From the NCBI GenBank assembly GCA_963977445.1, contig CAXBPH010000250.1, forward strand, positions 1-10,251: a stretch of 10,251 nt of DNA, given 5' to 3'. Both the position numbers and the translations under genes were made by a program. A model generated the notes under the pieces. It made no database searches and was not told the origin of the DNA. It saw nothing but the letters and a program-made list of their open reading frames with translations. The DNA is from an uncultured bacterium. GTDB lineage: Bacteria > Hydrogenedentota > Hydrogenedentia > Hydrogenedentales > JAEUWI01. Positions 5,364 through 10,251 of this stretch are shown here, in pieces; positions within the stretch are counted from its first letter, which is position 1, and each line of letters begins with the position of its first letter.

Positions 5364-6890
5364 CTATACCTGCTCCGGCGAAAAACTATCGGAGAGGGCA
5401 ATATACTTATTCATGGCATTTAAATAGGCACTCACGGCGGCCTGGATGATATCGGTGCTTGCCCCGTTGCCCTTGTAGGTCTTTTCGCCGAAGGCAACGG
5501 TGACATAGGCCTCACCGAGGGCGTCTTTGCCCGGGGTTGTGGCCCGAATGTCGAAGCGCTCGAGACGCCCGGAAACACCCACGATCCGTTCAATCGCATT
5601 ACAGGCGGCGTGGACTGGCCCATCGCCTATGGCAGTGTCGGTGAAGGTCTCCTCACCCTTTCGCAGCGATACGAGGGCCATCGCCGGGTCATTGCCCGAG
5701 GTGCGGAGGTCCTTGAGGTGGTAAATTTCAAAACTCTCGTTGTGCAGGGCAACAATCAGCATGCGCAGATCGTCGTCGTAAACTTCCTTCTTTTTGTCCG
5801 CAAGATCAATGAATTTTTCATAGAGGGTCTTGAGTTCAGGCTCGGAGAGCTTGTAGCCCAATTCCTCACTGCGGTTGGCCAGTCCGGCACGGCCCGAATG
5901 TTTTCCAAGCACCAGTTCACTACGGCTGCGGCCTACCGACTCAGGCGTCATGATTTCATAGGTCTGGCGGTTGGCAATCATGCCATGCTGGTGGATGCCC
6001 GATTCATGGGCAAAGGCATTTCGGCCAACGATAGGCTTGTTATAGGGAACGGTAAGCCCCGTTATCTTGCTCAACAGGCTGCTGGAGGGCACCAATTCGA
6101 GGGAATCTATCCCACAATCATAATCGTAGACGTCCTGGCGGGTGCGCATGGCCATGACGACCTCTTCGAGGGACGTGTTGCCCGCGCGCTCACCGATGCC
6201 ACTCACGGTGCACTCAATCTGCCGTGCCCCACCCTGGACAGCCGCAAGGGCGTTGGCTACCGCCAGGCCGAGGTCGTTGTGATTGTGTGAGGAGAAGATG
6301 ACCTTGTCCGAGCCAGGCACGTTGGCAATAACGTGTTCAAACATGCCGCGGATTTCACCGGGGGTCGTATAGCCTACGGTATCGGGCAGATTGATTACAT
6401 CGGCCCCGGCCTCGATGGCTACTTTCGTTACTTCGACCAGGAATCCCCAGTCGGAACGCGTAGCGTCTTCGGCGGAAAACTCGACCCGGCCTACAAGATT
6501 CTTGGCCAGTGCGACAGCCTTTGCGGCATTGTCCAGGACTTCCTGGCGGGTCATGCGGAGTTTATGTTCCAGGTGGATATCGGATGTGGCGATAAACGTG
6601 TGTAAGACCGGGCGACGGGCGGGCTCCAGGGCGGCGGCGGCGCGCTCGATATCGGCAGGCAAGGCCCGGGCAAGGGCGGCAACCCGTGAATTCTCCACGT
6701 GCTTCGCCACTTTTCGGACCGCTTCGAATTCCTGGTTGGACGCAATAGGAAAGCCTGCTTCAATAATATCCACGCCAAGCCGGTCGAGTTGCTTCGCCAT
6801 CTGCAACTTTTCGTGCTCGTCCATACTTGCGCCCGGCGATTGCTCCCCGTCCCGCAACGTTGTATCGAATATTTCTACGCGTTCCGCCAT
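5364..6890 (-). CDS. leuA: 2-isopropylmalate synthase
   Basis: [87 protein letters not shown], and a C-terminal regulatory domain (GDGPVHA...[15 protein letters not shown]). SD AGGAGAGG upstream. Confidence 0.96.
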   Translation of the reverse strand: MAERVEIFDTTLRDGEQSPGASMDEHEKLQMAKQLDRLGVDIIEAGFPIASNQEFEAVRKVAKHVENSRVAALARALPADIERAAAALEPARRPVLHTFIATSDIHLEHKLRMTRQEVLDNAAKAVALAKNLVGRVEFSAEDATRSDWGFLVEVTKVAIEAGADVINLPDTVGYTTPGEIRGMFEHVIANVPGSDKVIFSSHNHNDLGLAVANALAAVQGGARQIECTVSGIGERAGNTSLEEVVMAMRTRQDVYDYDCGIDSLELVPSSSLLSKITGLTVPYNKPIVGRNAFAHESGIHQHGMIANRQTYEIMTPESVGRSRSELVLGKHSGRAGLANRSEELGYKLSEPELKTLYEKFIDLADKKKEVYDDDLRMLIVALHNESFEIYHLKDLRTSGNDPAMALVSLRKGEETFTDTAIGDGPVHAACNAIERIVGVSGRLERFDIRATTPGKDALGEAYVTVAFGEKTYKGNGASTDIIQAAVSAYLNAMNKYIALSDSFSPEQV

Positions 6891-6996
6891 TCGTCGAACC
6901 TCTCCTGCGTGCCCTCGGCACCGAACCGTCGTCTCGTCGACGGGAAATTGTCAATTCAGCTAACCATCTTCATGGGAATGGCACTGCCATCCCTAT

Positions 6997-7026
6997 AGTA
7001 TAAAGCCCGCTTTGGGACCTAAGCAA
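6997..7026 (-). promoter_or_regulatory. Candidate sigma70-type promoter for leuA
   Basis: Minus strand TTGCTT (7026-7021), 18-nt spacer, TATACT (7002-6997). Confidence 0.4.
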
Positions 7027-7110
7027 CGTAAGGGCACCACTTATATGATGTGTCGGGGCGGAATGTATGCCGCAGGGGGCCTCACGTCTTGATGATAGAC
7101 CGGTAAAGAT

Positions 7111-7119
7111 TGATATACT
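7111..7119 (+). promoter_or_regulatory. Extended -10 promoter element (TGnTATACT) 7 nt upstream of ATG 7127
   Basis: TGATATACT at 7111-7119 is followed by gggttct and then ATG, with no SD in between. Confidence 0.55.
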
Positions 7120-7126
7120 GGGTTCT

Positions 7127-7699
7127 ATGAACACTGTACATCACAAAGCCACCCGTCGTGCCATTCTCGAAATCCTCTATGACGCCTATCTGGAGGATCC
7201 CCTTCGCATGGTAGAGCCGGAGCCGTTTTATCTGCATCCGTCGATAGATCGGAAGACCATCGTCCCCAACATGCACTACCTCTACGACCGGAAGCTTGTC
7301 GAGATGATGATGGGCTACACGCCCCCCATGTTCTCCGCAGTTCGAATCACGGCTGCGGGGGTCGATCTTGTGGAAGACCGGTACACGTTTAACCTGCAGT
7401 TTCCCCCCGAGCCCGAAGCGGGTGGGATCGGCGAAACGGCGATTCCCTACCTGGTGGAACAGCTGATCGCCCAGGGTGACTTATCCCCCCTGGATGGCTG
7501 GGTACGCCGCCAATTGCTCGGTGATATTCAATATCTACGAAATGAATTGTCCCAATCGAAAGATCACTGGCGTCCCGAAGTGATCGGTGCACTGCTGGAT
7601 TGGATTACGCTGCGTCACGAGGCGTCAGGCGGCGCACTGTCGGCCGTTGTTCATTTGCGGACGGCGGTCGGTACCGGGGCGGAGCCCACACAGCACTGA
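7127..7699 (+). CDS. Hypothetical protein with an N-terminal winged-helix-like domain and a helical C-terminal domain
   Basis: The pattern RRAILEILY...NMHYLYDRKLVE...VRITAAGVDLVE resembles a wHTH (helix 1, recognition helix, wing ending in xITxxGxxxxE). A Pro-rich linker follows. Start 7127 is preferred (alternative 7067). Confidence 0.75.
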   Translation: MNTVHHKATRRAILEILYDAYLEDPLRMVEPEPFYLHPSIDRKTIVPNMHYLYDRKLVEMMMGYTPPMFSAVRITAAGVDLVEDRYTFNLQFPPEPEAGGIGETAIPYLVEQLIAQGDLSPLDGWVRRQLLGDIQYLRNELSQSKDHWRPEVIGALLDWITLRHEASGGALSAVVHLRTAVGTGAEPTQH

Positions 7700-7711
7700 A
7701 TTGGGCCGTCT

Positions 7712-8620
7712 CTACGCGGCAGAGCTCGAAAGGGCTCCAATAAAATCTTCGATCTTTGAACGGTTCTTATTGAGTTCTTCCGTAACGGCTTCGCAGGTCT
7801 CGTCGGTCAGGCCCAATTGTAGTTTCAAAGATTCGGTCAGCACGGGGACGCATCCATTGCTGGATTCACCGAGACCTGCCCGATAGGACAAGTAGTTTGC
7901 TGCCGCCACGATTCGGGTCAGGTCTTTATCGACGGTCGCGGCATCGGGGTTATGGTGAAACTGGACGGCTTCGACGACGCTCTCGGGAAGATTCCAGTGA
8001 TCGGCAAGGCGCGCACCGATGAGGGCGTGGGTCATTCCGAATACCCGCTGTTCAACTTCTGCGATTGAGATCGACTCCTTCTGCGCTTCGGCAGCCGCCT
8101 GACGAAATTCGGTGGGATAGAGCCAGTCGAGGGCTATCTTCCCCATGTCGTGCAGCAACGCTGCTTCGAAACAACCATCGACATTTTTTCCCGTGAGTCG
8201 CGCAATCTGGTCTGCGGCCATCGCCGTGGCCAGTGAATGGCGCCACAATTGCACCCGGTCGTAATTGGAAGGTATGGACTCAAAGGCGTTGAAGGCCGTG
8301 GCCGTAAGTGTGAGATTTCGCACTTCCAGAAACCCCAGAACGACAATGGCCTGGGTGACGCTTTTTATTTGGCGATAGAAGCCATAGTACGAGGAATTCA
8401 CCAGCTTAAGTAAGGTCGCCGACAGGCTTACATCGGCAGCGATAAGGCGACCAAGATCGATAGCTGAAGCGTCTGGATCTGCTGCTGTGCTCAAGATCTT
8501 TCCGAGTACGGCGGGCAGGGTGGGGAGATCCCGGATGCGAGACAGCGCCCCCTCAATGTCAGATGTTTCCACTAAAACAGTCCCTTCTGGAGTTTTGTCC
8601 ATCACATTGGCTATAGTCAT
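7712..8620 (-). CDS. HDOD domain-containing protein (HD-related signal transduction)
   Basis: LPTLPAVL...IAADVSLSATLLKLVNSSYYG...SVTQAIVVLGF, LWRHSLATA, AALLHDMGKI, EQRVFGMTHALIGARLADHWNLP, AVQFHHNP. Alternative start at 8602. Confidence 0.93.
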   Translation of the reverse strand: MTIANVMDKTPEGTVLVETSDIEGALSRIRDLPTLPAVLGKILSTAADPDASAIDLGRLIAADVSLSATLLKLVNSSYYGFYRQIKSVTQAIVVLGFLEVRNLTLTATAFNAFESIPSNYDRVQLWRHSLATAMAADQIARLTGKNVDGCFEAALLHDMGKIALDWLYPTEFRQAAAEAQKESISIAEVEQRVFGMTHALIGARLADHWNLPESVVEAVQFHHNPDAATVDKDLTRIVAAANYLSYRAGLGESSNGCVPVLTESLKLQLGLTDETCEAVTEELNKNRSKIEDFIGALSSSAA

Positions 8621-8714
8621 GATACGTTACAATCTTCCAGGAAGCAAGCGACCCACCCCAAATTCAGTCCCGTGGGTGAGACGTTCCACGACGGCGAGCA
8701 CAAGGAGTTCATCG

Positions 8715-9200
8715 ATGCCCGTATCAAGTACCCTCCCCGAACCCGGCCAGGCAGCACCCGCCTTTACAGGGGTGACGAATGATGGCGAAAAAGTCCGCCT
8801 GAGTCAGTACAAGGGGAAGTTCGTCGTGCTCTACTTCTATCCCAAAGACAACACGCCCGGATGCACCGTTGAAGCGAAAGCATTTCGGGATGCCCTCGAG
8901 GAGCTGGACGCCGCCGGTGCGGTGGTCCTTGGTGTGAGCCCGGATAGTGTCGCTTCCCATTGTAAGTTCATCGCCCGATTTGAACTTAATTTCCCCCTGA
9001 TTGCCGATGAAGATCAGGCAATTGCGGAAAAATACGGCGTGTGGGTCGAGAAAAACATGTATGGAAAGAAATACATGGGCGTTCAGCGGGCCACGTTTCT
9101 CATCGATCCCAAAGGAAAAGTTGCGGCTACCTGGCCGAAAGTAAAGGCCGATGGCCACGCAGAGCAAGTGCTGAAAACCCTCACCGAACTCCTTGCATAA
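8715..9200 (+). CDS. bcp: Thioredoxin-dependent thiol peroxidase (BCP/PrxQ peroxiredoxin)
   Basis: SD AAGGAG before ATG 8715. Motifs VVLYFYPKDNTPGCTVEA (PxxxTxxC), VLGVSPDSVASH, YGVWVEKNMYGKKYMGVQRATFLID and VKADGHAEQV. Confidence 0.95.
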   Translation: MPVSSTLPEPGQAAPAFTGVTNDGEKVRLSQYKGKFVVLYFYPKDNTPGCTVEAKAFRDALEELDAAGAVVLGVSPDSVASHCKFIARFELNFPLIADEDQAIAEKYGVWVEKNMYGKKYMGVQRATFLIDPKGKVAATWPKVKADGHAEQVLKTLTELLA

Positions 9201-9251
9201 TACGCCGAAACTTTTTCACACGCTGCCCCCTTCCCCCAAAATACTCCGGTC

Positions 9252-9782
9252 TTATTCTGCCGGTGCGTGGAGCTGTCCGTCTTTCAGGAGTGGGATGCGC
9301 GACTGGAAGAAAGTTTCCTGAACGGCCGATAAATTCCGCGGTGCCCAGTCATTGGATTCCAGTAGCCCTTCATAAATTGTCCAACGATTGGTGTTTTCGC
9401 TCATTACAACGAGGGCTTCCCTATCGCGTTGGCTACTTGTGGTCGCCTTCTTGTAGGCACTGGTACGCTTGATGGCGATAAGGCCGTTTTTCTCTTCTGC
9501 AGCAAATCCTGAATCCAGTAACGCCGAGACGAGTGGTTGACGGATGGCGCGGGTACGTATTGCCTGACGCATCTCCGGTGTATCCACGATCAGCCCCTCG
9601 CTATCGTCAAGAGAAAATTCCGTGTTGCCCGCGCTGACGTTGGTTTCAATTTCCACGGCCAGTACGGAAAGCTTTTCCGCGGGCAAATCGGTGTAGTCTG
9701 GAGTGAGGTGCATGAGCGAATTGGTCGTCGAACATCCTGCAATGCAGACAAACAAGGCGACGGATAGAAAAATAGACTTCAT
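9252..9782 (-). CDS. Lipoprotein, DUF1318/YdbL-like domain
   Basis: Lipobox IAGC. The C-terminal pattern LLDSGFAAEEKNGLI...VVMSENTNRWTIYEGL...VQETFF...GQ resembles DUF1318 (GxxGExxxGxL...NxDRxxxY). The start overlaps the upstream stop (ATGA). Confidence 0.7.
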   Translation of the reverse strand: MKSIFLSVALFVCIAGCSTTNSLMHLTPDYTDLPAEKLSVLAVEIETNVSAGNTEFSLDDSEGLIVDTPEMRQAIRTRAIRQPLVSALLDSGFAAEEKNGLIAIKRTSAYKKATTSSQRDREALVVMSENTNRWTIYEGLLESNDWAPRNLSAVQETFFQSRIPLLKDGQLHAPAE

Positions 9783-10251
9783 GGGGTTCCTTTTTCGGGG
9801 GCGAGAACGACACGGTTCTTACCGCTCCGTTTGGCTTCATAGAGGGCCTGGTCCGCGGTGCGCAGCAAGTCCTCTGCATTCTGCATGGTGGCGTATTCGA
9901 GGACACTCACACCCCCACTGATGGTGACCTGATATTCGGGGGGGGTATCCTGAAACGGTGTTGCCGCAATTATATCTCGAATGCGTTCCCCTTCTACCTC
10001 CGCACCTTCGCGGCCGGTCTGGGGCATGATGACGACGAATTCTTCGCCACCGTAGCGCGCGATAAGATCGCTCTTCCGAACGCATTTCATCGTGCGATCG
10101 GCAATCTCTTTCAAAACGGTATCTCCGACCAGATGGCCGAAAGTGTCATTTAGCTTTTTAAAGTCGTCTACGTCAAAAATCAGGACGGACAGCGGAAGTT
10201 TATATCGGCTGGCCCGATCAAATTCCTGGAGGAGGTGCTCGCGAAAGTGGC
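9779..10251 (-). CDS. GGDEF-domain diguanylate cyclase (3' part; starts beyond the right edge)
   Basis: The frame is open from the window edge: HFREHLLQEFDRASRYKLPLSVLIFDVDDFKKLNDTFGHLVGDTVLKE...RKSDLIARYGGEEF...TISGGV...ADQALYEAKRSGKNRV. The GGEEF active site and RxxD I-site are intact. Confidence 0.95.
   Translation of the reverse strand, partial: HFREHLLQEFDRASRYKLPLSVLIFDVDDFKKLNDTFGHLVGDTVLKEIADRTMKCVRKSDLIARYGGEEFVVIMPQTGREGAEVEGERIRDIIAATPFQDTPPEYQVTISGGVSVLEYATMQNAEDLLRTADQALYEAKRSGKNRVVLAPEKGTP

Noticed and set aside
6949..6954. Perfect TTGACA (minus strand) upstream of leuA as a -35 box
   Set aside because: No -10-like hexamer lies 16-18 nt downstream.
6891..7000. Leucine attenuator or T-box upstream of leuA
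   Set aside because: No Leu-rich leader peptide, no terminator with a U-tract and no T-box consensus.
1..10251. CRISPR array, tRNA, rRNA or phage/defence genes
   Set aside because: No regularly spaced repeats, cloverleaf signatures or recognisable cas, integrase or phage protein motifs were seen.

Overview
GC-rich bacterial chromosomal window. Left half (minus strand): a five-gene, tightly coupled heavy-metal RND efflux operon, in the order TolC-family lipoprotein > His-tipped membrane-anchored hypothetical protein > CzcB/CusB-type adaptor > His/Met-rich lipoprotein > CusA/CzcA-type pump (truncated at the window edge). The lipoprotein's C-terminal YHS/TRASH-like Cys domain is hidden behind a 1-nt frameshift. 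The operon lies behind a consensus sigma54 (-24/-12) promoter with a candidate enhancer dyad and an apparently structured ~310-nt leader. Upstream is a ~260-bp non-coding MITE-like element with perfect 22-bp CTAG-ended inverted termini and a two-armed fold. Right half: leuA, a divergent winged-helix-like hypothetical gene (probably leaderless), a stand-alone HDOD protein, bcp peroxiredoxin, a DUF1318/YdbL-like lipoprotein and the 3' part of a GGEEF diguanylate cyclase. All calls come from reading the sequence; no database searches or folding programs were run.
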